Shown piece after piece: positions 36,058-45,203 of a stretch of DNA of 61,254 nucleotides (its first letter is position 1; every line of letters starts with the position of its first letter). Origin of the DNA: an uncultured virus (IMG/VR IMGVR_UViG_3300025287_000001) (taxonomy: Duplodnaviria > Heunggongvirae > Uroviricota > Caudoviricetes); IMG/VR virus record IMGVR_UViG_3300025287_000001. One strand, written 5' to 3'. The notes beneath the pieces were generated by a model, which did no database searches, was not told where the DNA came from, and worked only from the letters and a program-made list of their open reading frames with translations. The translations under genes were made by a program, and so were the position numbers.

Positions 36058-36523
36058 CTCTTAACTTGGAGCAAGTAGCCCTTACTTCAAATCTGAACTC
36101 ATTTTGCCCGAAAAGCTCTCTTTCTTCTATTAATTCTGTTATCTCGAAGAAAGATTCTCCGTATCTAACAACATCACCCTCTTTTACAACCATATTTTGG
36201 TCTTCGTTAACTCTTCGTTTGTGAAAGTAGAGCAATAGCTTAGGCCTTCTATCTATACCAAACTTTCCTGTTGTCGATTCCTCATCAAACTCAGCCCTTA
36301 GTTTAACATGTACTGGCGGCTTATATGTCTTTACTATAGCTTCCCCATATAATTCATGATAATCAGAAGCCTTTACGTCCAGAGAGAAGTAAAAGACATC
36401 CTGTCCTATCACTCTTTCCACAATCTCATCGCTAATCTGCTTGGTAAAGTCTCTCTCTGGTTGGTTTAGGAACAGAGGAGGTGGTGGAGCATCCTGTTTT
36501 TCGTACTTTTCATCGTCTGCCAC
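36035..36523 (-). CDS. Neck / head-closure protein (gp14-like)
   Basis: PPPLF...ERDF.KQ, ELYGEA..K and EGDVV.YG; position after the gp13-like gene. Confidence 0.75.
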   Translation of the reverse strand: MADDEKYEKQDAPPPPLFLNQPERDFTKQISDEIVERVIGQDVFYFSLDVKASDYHELYGEAIVKTYKPPVHVKLRAEFDEESTTGKFGIDRRPKLLLYFHKRRVNEDQNMVVKEGDVVRYGESFFEITELIEERELFGQNEFRFEVRATCSKLRDGAFNGR

Positions 36524-36531
36524 TTATTACC

Positions 36532-37851
36532 TCACATTCTGTAGATCTTTAAAGGTATCTTTGACATAATTGTCTCTGCGTTCTCTACCTTCTTGGCATC
36601 TTCTTCGAGCAAATTGCCATATGAGAGTTGTTCGATCATATCCTTAAGGTCATCCTTTAGCGCCTCTTCCTCTTCTTTGCCTTGAGTTATAAGTTCAGGC
36701 CCGTTAAGAGTAATCGACTCTCCTGGGATGGGGATGGAAGTGAACTTTGATCTTATGAGACCGAGCATTATCTTGGTCCTGGCCAGGGCATACTTTCTTA
36801 TCCATTGCTTACCTACAGAGTTAATCGAATCATACGGTATATTCTCGAATGGTAAGTTGTTAAGTCCTGAAACTCCATTAAGCTCTGGTCTATTCACGTA
36901 AGTAGGGTTTCCGTCCTCATCAAATTCCAGTATCGGATCGAATGGACCTTCATCTATGATAAACTCAAAGTAAAACTTTCTAGGACTATACTCTTGAGGC
37001 GTAGGGAACAGCCTTAACTTGTTGTTTCTCACGAGATAGGAGAAGTTCGAAGTCCTTACTTCAAGAGCGTCCTGATAAGCAGCAGCCTGGAGCTTGTGTT
37101 CCCAGACAGGAACAACTTCGAATGTTGCACTATCTGCGTATTGACCATATCCATAATGAGATCCGTTGCTAGCTACTGATATTGCTCCAAAGTAAGCATA
37201 GAAGTTCCACGTAGACCTCCTTGTCTTCCAGAATACTTTTTTAATAATGATATTCTTATCTTCGACCAAGCCGTTAAACCTTGGATCATTCGATATAGCA
37301 GCTTCAAGATCATAATCCTGCTGTCCGTTAACCACATCAATATAGGACATGTGATATGTATAGTCCCCGCCTACACCAGCTTCTCCTGCTAGTCCTTCAC
37401 CTATCTGTCTAGCATAACCTATCTTAAACTTGGGATAGGCTTGGTTGGCTCCTCTCAGTTCTTCGTTTTCAGCATCGTCAAGCAACTGCCCATTTTCGTC
37501 AAACTGTCCTGTAGTAGACCCAAGGAAGTCAGACATAGTGTTTCTAGCATGCCCTAGAAGAATGTGGTATGAGTACTCAAGGACAGCTTCTTCGTATGCA
37601 GCATAAACCTGACATTCATCTAACTCTATATCAAGAACATCGCCACCAAGTTGCTTGTAGGTGTATGCAACTTGATCTGCTGCTCCTTTCTTGAAGCTAT
37701 CTTCCTGTTCTACAGTCCAATAAGAATGAGTATCGCAATTAATATAAGTCGCGAACGGCAAGCTTTCACATGTTACGTTATCTACATCTCCTCTTGCCGG
37801 GAGTATAGATTTTGATGATAATGATTCTGGTTCTAGTATAGGTAAAGCCAT
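36532..37851 (-). CDS. Neck / head-tail adaptor protein (gp13-like)
   Basis: LGG.VLDIEL, QWIRKYALA..K..LG.IRSKF..IP.PG..ITLNG. Confidence 0.85.
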   Translation of the reverse strand: MALPILEPESLSSKSILPARGDVDNVTCESLPFATYINCDTHSYWTVEQEDSFKKGAADQVAYTYKQLGGDVLDIELDECQVYAAYEEAVLEYSYHILLGHARNTMSDFLGSTTGQFDENGQLLDDAENEELRGANQAYPKFKIGYARQIGEGLAGEAGVGGDYTYHMSYIDVVNGQQDYDLEAAISNDPRFNGLVEDKNIIIKKVFWKTRRSTWNFYAYFGAISVASNGSHYGYGQYADSATFEVVPVWEHKLQAAAYQDALEVRTSNFSYLVRNNKLRLFPTPQEYSPRKFYFEFIIDEGPFDPILEFDEDGNPTYVNRPELNGVSGLNNLPFENIPYDSINSVGKQWIRKYALARTKIMLGLIRSKFTSIPIPGESITLNGPELITQGKEEEEALKDDLKDMIEQLSYGNLLEEDAKKVENAETIMSKIPLKIYRM

Positions 37852-37887
37852 TTTATCCTCCTGTTAGCAACTTAAATATTGATCCTC

Positions 37888-37924
37888 AAAGAAAACCCCC
37901 TCTCAGGAAATCCCAAGAGGGGGT
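37888..37924 (-). terminator. Rho-independent terminator after major capsid gene
   Basis: Minus strand ACCCCCTCT...AGAGGGGGT followed by TTTCTTT. Confidence 0.85.
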
Positions 37925-37949
37925 CAGGGTTGGTTAGTTATCTAACCTA

Positions 37950-39740
37950 TCAACCACCAAGATCAGTGACGATAACCAAGCCGTACAAGTCAGGTCTGAC
38001 CATGCGCTTACCATAGCGAGACATGACTGCCGTGCGTGGTGTAAAGTCATCTGGGTCTGGGATGGTCTGGAACTTGAGGAATGGCACATATGGGGCGTAC
38101 ACATACCCGGTGTCGAAATCACCTGTTCCTTTTCTACCAACCAAGATAACATTTCTTGGGAAATAAGAGTTGACGTAAACATCAAACTTCTTATTCAAGC
38201 TACCAACAACATCCATCCCTTTCTCAAGAGACCCACCCTTAGTTTGGTCATGGACCACGCTAGAGCGATATGCAGCAGTGTTCTCGAAAATGTTTGCAAC
38301 TTCAGGTCCGCAGACGAGGAAAGTTGCTCCACCGTTTCGAGTCTTTCTCATGATTGTTGCCGAAACCTCATTAACCGCGTGGGTAAGGGTCTCGTACCAT
38401 TCACTAACAGTACCTGTGAAGTCTGCACCAAGCAAAGCTTCGTTGGCGGACGATGAGATTGGAGCACCAGTGCTGTAATCAAGGAATTTACCAGGGCGTC
38501 TTGACCAGTAGACAACGCCAGCGGTTGCACCATGGATAAGATCGTTAAGGATTTCCTGATCAATCTCAAGAGTCATCTGATCTGCAAGGATGCCTGTAAG
38601 CTCTGCCTCAACATCAAGGTTGTGGTAAGCTGCCAAGTCCTGTTGCAGTTCAGGGGTCCACTTGGTCTTGAGCTTCTTGGTAGTAGTCTTGATATCAATT
38701 GAATCCAATCGAATATCAATCTCTGCCATGTTAGGATTACCTTCAAGGCCCCATGAAGAAGCACCAACCAATGACCCTAGAGCCGTTGAAGTTGTAAGGT
38801 TATCGTAGATCTTGAACGTTGCTGAAAGATCTTCAGCAGTTGTAGTACTGGTAGTACCAACGGTATCGCCCGAGGTGAGGGAAGCAGCACCCGAGTCGCT
38901 AGGGACGACGAAGACAAGCCTGAGATAATCATTCGCAGGGGTATCGTAATCTCTTACGATCTTGGTAAGCCTTCGAACTTGTCGAGGAGTACCAGTGCCT
39001 GCAAAGTCTGCAATCAAAGAAATGTCATCGAGCCTAAAACTCTGAAGAGCATCCTCAAAGACTTGATCAATATCGCCGCCGACGTTGCTCAAGAGCAAGT
39101 CGCAAACAACAGCATGAACATCCTCAAGGCCAAGCAAGTCAGCATCGTGACGGATTAGTTTAAGCTGTGCATCTGTAGGGGAGCCATCGAGGTCGATAGC
39201 ATCAGCAGCGAGGGTAAGGTCTGCATCTTCAAAAGTGGTAGATGCTCCAAGTGCATTGGAGTACGAATCATCTGCCAAGTTGTAGAAGCTGGTCTCATCA
39301 TTAGCACCAGGGCCAATGTCAACACCTCTACTGACTTCCGAAGCAACGACGCCGCCACCGTAAAGAGAAACTCCTGATTCATCAGGTCTTCCGGTTTGAG
39401 CATCGCCCTTGGTGAAATCAAGGAAGAAGATGAGCCCACTTGGTTGACTCAAAGACTGAACCGAAACAAGATCCTGAGCGATGACTTCGCCAAAGACTCT
39501 TCGGATAAGTGGAATAGCGATAGAAGCATACCCCTCGATAGCACCAACGGCCATAGAGTTAGCTTCTCTAAGAAGTGCAATTGTTTGGTTCTCAAGCAAC
39601 TGCGCGATATTGGCCTGATCTCTTCGATCGCTGATGCCATCAAGAAGGCCTGTGCCCTCCCAACGCTCAATAAGCATTTCTGCCTTCTCAGCGGCTGTCT
39701 CCAAGACAATGCCTTCTGATAATTTTTCTAATAGTGACAT
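37950..39740 (-). CDS. Major capsid protein (T4 gp23-like)
   Basis: W...GLL, LLENQ, PLIRRVF....A.DLVSVQ...PSGLIF, LK.KWT.EL.QDL.AYH..D.EAEL, EID.EI and YAPYVP...SRYG. Confidence 0.96.
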   Translation of the reverse strand: MSLLEKLSEGIVLETAAEKAEMLIERWEGTGLLDGISDRRDQANIAQLLENQTIALLREANSMAVGAIEGYASIAIPLIRRVFGEVIAQDLVSVQSLSQPSGLIFFLDFTKGDAQTGRPDESGVSLYGGGVVASEVSRGVDIGPGANDETSFYNLADDSYSNALGASTTFEDADLTLAADAIDLDGSPTDAQLKLIRHDADLLGLEDVHAVVCDLLLSNVGGDIDQVFEDALQSFRLDDISLIADFAGTGTPRQVRRLTKIVRDYDTPANDYLRLVFVVPSDSGAASLTSGDTVGTTSTTTAEDLSATFKIYDNLTTSTALGSLVGASSWGLEGNPNMAEIDIRLDSIDIKTTTKKLKTKWTPELQQDLAAYHNLDVEAELTGILADQMTLEIDQEILNDLIHGATAGVVYWSRRPGKFLDYSTGAPISSSANEALLGADFTGTVSEWYETLTHAVNEVSATIMRKTRNGGATFLVCGPEVANIFENTAAYRSSVVHDQTKGGSLEKGMDVVGSLNKKFDVYVNSYFPRNVILVGRKGTGDFDTGYVYAPYVPFLKFQTIPDPDDFTPRTAVMSRYGKRMVRPDLYGLVIVTDLGG

Positions 39741-39748
39741 TTTTTAAT

Positions 39749-40816
39749 TCACTCCTCTGTGATACCTGCGAGCTTTCTAAATCTATATTTTGTCTGGTTA
39801 GAAAACTGCGAATTATTTTGTTTCTTTTTTGGCGTTCTGTTCTCTTTTATCATTCTAATTGAAGACTTGTTCGTTTTCCCTTCCATTTCCTCGATAGATT
39901 CTTCCGATCCCATGATCGGCAATGAGGTTGAAATTGCTTCGTTCAGCGCCTCCAGTTTCTGATAATCAAGGCCTTTATTGTACGCTTCCATCATTTTCTT
40001 AATTTGAAGGCTATTCTTTGAACCGTCAGAAAGAAACTGTATCATAAGCTTGTCTCGATTAGATTTTTCCCGCATAGCCTTGTTGACTTCTTGCAGCTTA
40101 CTAATCACGGCCTCGCTTTTCTTCATGTATATAGTGGCTTGCTTGTGTTTTTCTTGTAATTGTTTATATTCTTTCTTTAAGTTAGACTTGTTTTCTATCA
40201 TCTCGTCTAGTCTATGATCTAACATCTCGTTAAGCTCCAAGACATCTTCATAGCGCTTTTTCATAGCAAGTCTTTCTTCATGTCGATTTAATTCTTCGAC
40301 ATTGTTGCCAATAACTCCATTGGAATCAGTAGGCTCCATATCATAATCAACTTTCGTCTCCTCTTTCACCTCTTCTTGCTCGTTAAAGAAGTTTTCCCTT
40401 CTATTCCTATCAACTTCTTCTTCAAGCTCCTCTGAGTCTTCCGATTCCTCGAGTTCGTTTTCTTCTTCGAGTTCCTCTTCGTCATCACTAAAGGCTTCTA
40501 GGAGTTCGCTTAAATCAAATTCGATCTCCAGTTCCTCATCAGCGCCCTGATCTTCATCAGTAACATATGATGCTGGGGCTTTGATGTCGTCGGCTACTTC
40601 TGCTGAGGCTTGTTGATCGCCTTCGAGGTCCATCTCCGGCTCATCACCAAACAGATCCTCTTCGGGCATCTCTTCTTGTTCTGAGAGGAGACGCATAATG
40701 CCTTCTTCTATTTTTTTGGAGTTCTCTTCCAAGATAGCTTTCTCTGAAGCCTTCCTTGCCGCTTCCTTTACTTTCTTGGCATCCAAGATAGATTCTCTTA
40801 GTAAATTACTATTCAT
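39749..40816 (-). CDS. Prohead core / scaffolding protein (gp22-like)
   Basis: Acidic coiled coil directly upstream of the MCP. LLRESI.DAK N-terminus and RFRKLAGI C-terminus. Confidence 0.75.
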   Translation of the reverse strand: MNSNLLRESILDAKKVKEAARKASEKAILEENSKKIEEGIMRLLSEQEEMPEEDLFGDEPEMDLEGDQQASAEVADDIKAPASYVTDEDQGADEELEIEFDLSELLEAFSDDEEELEEENELEESEDSEELEEEVDRNRRENFFNEQEEVKEETKVDYDMEPTDSNGVIGNNVEELNRHEERLAMKKRYEDVLELNEMLDHRLDEMIENKSNLKKEYKQLQEKHKQATIYMKKSEAVISKLQEVNKAMREKSNRDKLMIQFLSDGSKNSLQIKKMMEAYNKGLDYQKLEALNEAISTSLPIMGSEESIEEMEGKTNKSSIRMIKENRTPKKKQNNSQFSNQTKYRFRKLAGITEE

Positions 40817-40830
40817 ATTATCTCTCTCTA

Positions 40831-41364
40831 TTATTCAGAAGTGATGCCAGAAATCTGATCGAGTTCTTTATCAGGATCTTCTGCAACATTTTCCGGTGTA
40901 AATGTAGGATAAGGATCTCTTGATCCGTTTATCGCTCTAGGTATATTTGTAAGCTCTGCATAAACATCCGCTACTCCAGTAGCAGCAGTAGCCAGATCAT
41001 CTGCTGTTATATAGATATTGAAGCACTTACACTCAAAAGTCATCTCCTCTCCGGGGGCAATAACCCAATATGCCTTGGCGACCTTTACAGCGCTATTAGT
41101 GCCAGCATCAGGGTCAGGGATATTAAGAGAAGCAAATGAGACATACAGATCGGATGGCGTGCCTCCCTCATCTGCATTTCTTACTACAATCTTCTTTGCC
41201 ATTGACGGGAACTGAATAACATTCCCGGCAGATATATCATCGAAAAGGAGATCTGCGGTGAAATCATCCCCGGCTATCTCCTTTCCTGAAACTAGATACG
41301 GCCTCCCCGCTACTAAATAAGAAGAAGCATTATTGCTTCCTGATGATGGTCTTTGATTATGCAT
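40831..41364 (-). CDS. Putative virion (capsid decoration-like) protein, paralog A
   Basis: Beta-rich. Shares FP.MA..I...N and ASL.IPD.D..TNSAVKV.K.Y...APGE with the next gene. Confidence 0.6.
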   Translation of the reverse strand: MHNQRPSSGSNNASSYLVAGRPYLVSGKEIAGDDFTADLLFDDISAGNVIQFPSMAKKIVVRNADEGGTPSDLYVSFASLNIPDPDAGTNSAVKVAKAYWVIAPGEEMTFECKCFNIYITADDLATAATGVADVYAELTNIPRAINGSRDPYPTFTPENVAEDPDKELDQISGITSE

Positions 41365-41373
41365 TCTACTTCC

Positions 41374-41886
41374 TTATATTCCTTTGGTTATACCAAGAAC
41401 TTTGTTTATGCTTGGATCTTCGGTAAACTCTTCTATTGTGTAGTGGTGGTATATTCTGTTTGAAACACTTTCTCGTCTTTTTACGGAAGATACTTGAGCC
41501 ACAATATCTAAAGTGGCTTCCGATGTCATCGAGGAAGATGTAGACATATAGAGATTGAACACCTTTCCCTCTATTCTAACAGATTCACCAGGGGCAAGCT
41601 CGTAATAACACTTTCCTACTTTCACGGCGCTATTGGTATCTGTATCCTCATCTGGTATGTCCAGAGAGGCAAGATAAATTCTTGCTGTTCCCGCGCCAAT
41701 TCCAGAAGATGTATTGTGGATGAGGATATCCATTGCCATATGGGGAAACTCTATAATGCCCCCTTCAGGATCTTCTTCCTTAATATCTGATGACCAATCT
41801 ACTATCGGACAAGAAACCCCGCTAAGAAGGCAAGGCCTTGTTATCAGATTGGTCATCTCTATTTTTGTTAACTTCCCTCTAGACAT
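41374..41886 (-). CDS. Putative virion (capsid decoration-like) protein, paralog B
   Basis: Clear paralog of 40831..41364. Confidence 0.6.
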   Translation of the reverse strand: MSRGKLTKIEMTNLITRPCLLSGVSCPIVDWSSDIKEEDPEGGIIEFPHMAMDILIHNTSSGIGAGTARIYLASLDIPDEDTDTNSAVKVGKCYYELAPGESVRIEGKVFNLYMSTSSSMTSEATLDIVAQVSSVKRRESVSNRIYHHYTIEEFTEDPSINKVLGITKGI

Positions 41887-41892
41887 TATCTC

Positions 41893-42132
41893 TTAGCGAT
41901 TTCTCTTGCTCTCCTTACGCCTTCGTGCTTCGGCTTTCTTTCTCTTGTATCTCTTCGCAAGAGACTTCTTTCTGTGCCTTCTAGTCATTGAAGACTTTTC
42001 AGACAACTCCCTTACTAGATTCTCATCGTAATTAGGCCCATGATTCTTACATTTTGTAATAAATCTGGAGACCAGCTTCGCGCTTGACTCGCCTCTTCGC
42101 AAATCTACCTTTACGTTATATGGTTTACTCAT
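41893..42132 (-). CDS. rpsU: Phage-encoded ribosomal protein bS21 (divergent)
   Basis: 79 aa and highly basic. VKVDLRRGESSAKLVSRFITKCKNHG...LVREL...RHRKKSLAKRYKRKKA parallels V.V..NE....ALRRFK..C...G...E.R....YEKPS..RK. Confidence 0.7.
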   Translation of the reverse strand: MSKPYNVKVDLRRGESSAKLVSRFITKCKNHGPNYDENLVRELSEKSSMTRRHRKKSLAKRYKRKKAEARRRKESKRNR

Positions 42133-42548
42133 TTCAGCTTCTTCCAAGTATCTTTGAACATTTCTTGCATTGCTGTGACTGCTTTAGTATTCCTATCATC
42201 ATATGAAAAGTTTGCATCATTTGTGCTAGCAGTCCTAGTCTTCGGTTTATTAGTTTTAGGCTTTACGTGCCCCGGCATAGAGATAGCCATTTCGTTGCTC
42301 TGACTACGAGCCTCTCTTCTATATTGCTCTAACATCTTCTTTCCTATATCAGAACTAGAAGAAGATCCCCTGTTTTGGTTTGAAAGCTGCTCTTTCAGCA
42401 TCTTGTTTTCTCTAATAAGGTCTTCAACTTCTTTATCTGTATAAGATGAAGACTCCATCAAGGAACTAACGCCGATTTTGACTAACTCTTCTTTCACCAT
42501 CTCCTCTACCAGAGGCCTAAGTGCTTTTTGTATATCAGACTTCTTCAT
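42129..42548 (-). CDS. Hypothetical head-module protein
   Basis: MKKSDIQKALRPLVEEMVKEEL N-terminus and WKKL C-terminus. Confidence 0.65.
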   Translation of the reverse strand: MKKSDIQKALRPLVEEMVKEELVKIGVSSLMESSSYTDKEVEDLIRENKMLKEQLSNQNRGSSSSSDIGKKMLEQYRREARSQSNEMAISMPGHVKPKTNKPKTRTASTNDANFSYDDRNTKAVTAMQEMFKDTWKKLK

Positions 42549-42915
42549 TGCTCTCTCTTATGAGTTCTTTGTATTCAATCTTATCTACAAGCTTAAAACA
42601 ATACTCCAGAGATTCCTCCAGATATTTTTGCTCCAAATCAAGAAATCTATTTCTTCTGTAGTACAGATATTTTCCTACAGACTGCCTCAGCATGCTTGAC
42701 TTAATCTGGTTCAGGTGAGGCTTAATAGATTCTTCTAGCTTGTAATCATAATGATTCTTGGACTCGCTTAAGATGTTATCGTACTGTTTTACTAAGATGT
42801 TAGTAAATTCCAAGATAGGAGTAACACTCCATTTCGAGTCCGGTATATGAGACTCCATTAGCGTATTCATTACAGAATACTTTGCTACAAATTTTTCTAT
42901 TTTATCTCTCATCAT
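42535..42915 (-). CDS. Hypothetical head-module protein
   Basis: Tiles with its neighbours; contains several L-x-E motifs. Confidence 0.6.
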   Translation of the reverse strand: MMRDKIEKFVAKYSVMNTLMESHIPDSKWSVTPILEFTNILVKQYDNILSESKNHYDYKLEESIKPHLNQIKSSMLRQSVGKYLYYRRNRFLDLEQKYLEESLEYCFKLVDKIEYKELIRESNEEV

Positions 42916-43517
42916 ACACCTAAAATGTTGTTCATCTTCCTGTAGAGAATGTCTTCTTTCGAGAATATCTTGTTCATATCTACACTCTCAGAAAGCATAA
43001 AAGCGCCAGTTGTAGAAGGATCAGCTACGACATCAAAACATATAAGTTGATAATCACTCTCTACCATCGTAGAGCCGTTCCTTTTTGATGTCGAACCAAG
43101 GCCCCTGCTGGAGATTCCTACTGTTACTCCATCCTCCACTAAAGAGCTTAATATTTCACCCTTTGGAGTGCTCAATATCTGTATCTTACCCTTCATATCA
43201 TCACCCTCCCACCACATATCTTTCACGATATGCGATGCATTTTTGAGTGATACTTCATAGCTCTCAGGGTGATCCATCTCTCCAAGGGCTCTGTTTTCTT
43301 TTACAAGCTTCAGATAGTTCTGCATCTCTTTCTCAAGGATGCTCCTAGGGTAAATTCTATTGTTTCTGTTAGGCGCGTCTGCTCTTTGCATTGTACCTAC
43401 TAGAAATTTTACCTTACCCTCCTTGTGAAGTCGAACCTCTGCTTCGTTAAGATGCTTTATAACATCTCCAGAAGGTTTTAGTTCATAAAACTCTCTTAAA
43501 AGTTTGATCTCTGACAT
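42912..43517 (-). CDS. Prohead core protease (T4 gp21-like)
   Basis: N.NNRIYP, ALGEMDHP, SH, TPKG.I, GISSRGLGS and FDVVADPST..A. ATG at 43517 with GGAG. Confidence 0.95.
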   Translation of the reverse strand: MSEIKLLREFYELKPSGDVIKHLNEAEVRLHKEGKVKFLVGTMQRADAPNRNNRIYPRSILEKEMQNYLKLVKENRALGEMDHPESYEVSLKNASHIVKDMWWEGDDMKGKIQILSTPKGEILSSLVEDGVTVGISSRGLGSTSKRNGSTMVESDYQLICFDVVADPSTTGAFMLSESVDMNKIFSKEDILYRKMNNILGV

Positions 43518-43529
43518 AATATAACTCCG

Positions 43530-43548
43530 GCTCGGGCGCAACCCGAGC
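43530..43548 (-). other. GC-rich RNA hairpin upstream of the protease RBS
   Basis: GCTCGGG-TTGCG-CCCGAGC, a perfect 7-bp stem with no U-tract. Confidence 0.6.
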
Positions 43549-43551
43549 GAT

Positions 43552-43602
43552 CTAGCAGCCTTTTCTGCACCTTCTAACTGGTTGCAACATCCATCTTTTC
43601 AT
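43552..43602 (-). CDS. Candidate 16-aa micropeptide MKRWMLQPVRRCRKGC
   Basis: The ATG overlaps the upstream TGA (ATGA) and is preceded by AAGGAG. Ends at TAG. Confidence 0.5.
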   Translation of the reverse strand: MKRWMLQPVRRCRKGC

Positions 43603-43901
43603 TTCTTGTCTCCTTTTGAAATTTGTATTCCATCATCGTTCACTACGCAACTTAGCAAATACGAGCTAAGTGATGTTATACTACCATAGCAAACAATTGT
43701 AAATATATTTATTCCTATATCCCAAAAGTTATATAGATTAGCCAAAATAAACATCGAAAGGCCAACCCAGAATCCGACGCACATAGAGCAATGAAAAAAA
43801 TGATGTTTAGGACGTATTTTAGAAAATAATGCTGAATAGCACAAGATAAAAGTAACACCTGATGATCCCAGGATAAATGTTATTAGTTTAAAAATATCCA
43901 T
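43599..43901 (-). CDS. DUF1360-like membrane protein with CxxC
   Basis: Three TM segments and FFHCSMCVGFWVG. Start MDIFKL. Confidence 0.7.
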   Translation of the reverse strand: MDIFKLITFILGSSGVTFILCYSALFSKIRPKHHFFHCSMCVGFWVGLSMFILANLYNFWDIGINIFTIVCYGSITSLSSYLLSCVVNDDGIQISKGDKK

Positions 43902-44409
43902 ACATCCCTCTCCCCCACCAATACTCCATCCTCGCAGGCATGCTTCCCTTCTCTTCCTCGTGGGGTACGTCGCCAAGCTCTGTGGAGATTCTATCTTCCG
44001 GGTTAAGGAACATTCTCTCTAGCGAATCATCATATTCGTTTACTCTATCGTACTCTCCTTCTTCCAATTGTAGAAATTTATCAATGCAGTAAAGCGCAGC
44101 TTTGACGACATTTCTATCCCCAACAGGAGTAAGCAACGGACATTCCAAGGCACCATAAGATAAAGCTCCCTCTACCTTCGAATGATCAACTACCCCTGCC
44201 CTGGAGAGGAAATTCATTAGCTCTGATTGTATCTTGTACGAATCTGTATCTTCTCTGTCCTTCGGTAAGGTTACTATCTTCTTGCTCGCCTCTGAGACTA
44301 CTATATCGAATCTTGGATGGTTCGTAATCATAAGATCACCATTAATCATCTGAGATACATCTAGATCTAACTCAAGAGTCTTTGTGGGGCCTATGTTTAT
44401 CTTAATCAT
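43888..44409 (-). CDS. Hypothetical head-module protein
   Basis: STELGDVPH...KGS motif; located between portal and protease. Confidence 0.65.
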   Translation of the reverse strand: MIKINIGPTKTLELDLDVSQMINGDLMITNHPRFDIVVSEASKKIVTLPKDREDTDSYKIQSELMNFLSRAGVVDHSKVEGALSYGALECPLLTPVGDRNVVKAALYCIDKFLQLEEGEYDRVNEYDDSLERMFLNPEDRISTELGDVPHEEEKGSMPARMEYWWGRGMYGYF

Positions 44410-45203
44410 TTCATCTCCTTGATCAGGTCATACCCAGACATCAAAGTGATGAATGTCTCTTCGTTTATCTCCTCTGAAGGGAGGTTATCTATCTTCTCGA
44501 TAACCTTCTCAAGGGTACTCCTCATCTCCGGGTCTTTTGAAATCTCTTCAACATCAAAGCTTTCACTAAGAGTCTTGGATATAAATCTTGAGTGCTCTCT
44601 TACAAAATATCTTTGCTGACTCTCTTGATCCAAGGAAGAAACATAATGCTTAATAACTTCTTTCTGTTCGTCACTCAACGCCTTGCCGTATTTTTCATTG
44701 TATTTGTCTACAAATATCTTATATGAAATCTCATCTACATGCTCTACGAGATCTTCCTTGTTGTTATTAGCAACATACTGAACAATACTCTCTCGAAGGG
44801 CTTCTTTTTCTCCGGGCTTGTAGTTTGACTCGAAGTAGTTATGCAAGTTTGCAAGTATTCTGTAATCCTTTACGAAGCTATTAAAAACATCAGGATCTTT
44901 ATTGCTTATCTTGGATAAAAATGTAGTCTGCTCATTAAACATCTTCCTCTTATCTAGAGAATTGTAAATCTCTCTGCACTCCTCTAGAAAAGCCCTGGTT
45001 TCTTCTTCGCTGTCCGACTTGAAATCGAGGAAGTAATTGTAGACTTTCAGAAATTTATACGATTCGCTACTAGGGTTGAAGTGCTCCTTGAGAATCTTGG
45101 TTAACTCTCTCTTTGTCGAGTCATCCCTGTCGTCACCAGAACATGCCATACATACACTTTTCATTATGAAGGCAGGGTTTCTTTTCTTGTTGTACTTCTT
45201 CAT
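44406..45203 (-). CDS. Hypothetical head-module protein
   Basis: K.NKKRN.AF N-terminus and F..KYNEKY...LS.EQK; directly follows the portal. Confidence 0.7.
   Translation of the reverse strand: MKKYNKKRNPAFIMKSVCMACSGDDRDDSTKRELTKILKEHFNPSSESYKFLKVYNYFLDFKSDSEEETRAFLEECREIYNSLDKRKMFNEQTTFLSKISNKDPDVFNSFVKDYRILANLHNYFESNYKPGEKEALRESIVQYVANNNKEDLVEHVDEISYKIFVDKYNEKYGKALSDEQKEVIKHYVSSLDQESQQRYFVREHSRFISKTLSESFDVEEISKDPEMRSTLEKVIEKIDNLPSEEINEETFITLMSGYDLIKEMK

Noticed and set aside
37868..37882. T4-type late promoter (TATAAATA) after the capsid terminator
   Set aside because: Only AATATTTAAG is present on the minus strand. There is no exact match, and I could not establish a repeated motif elsewhere.
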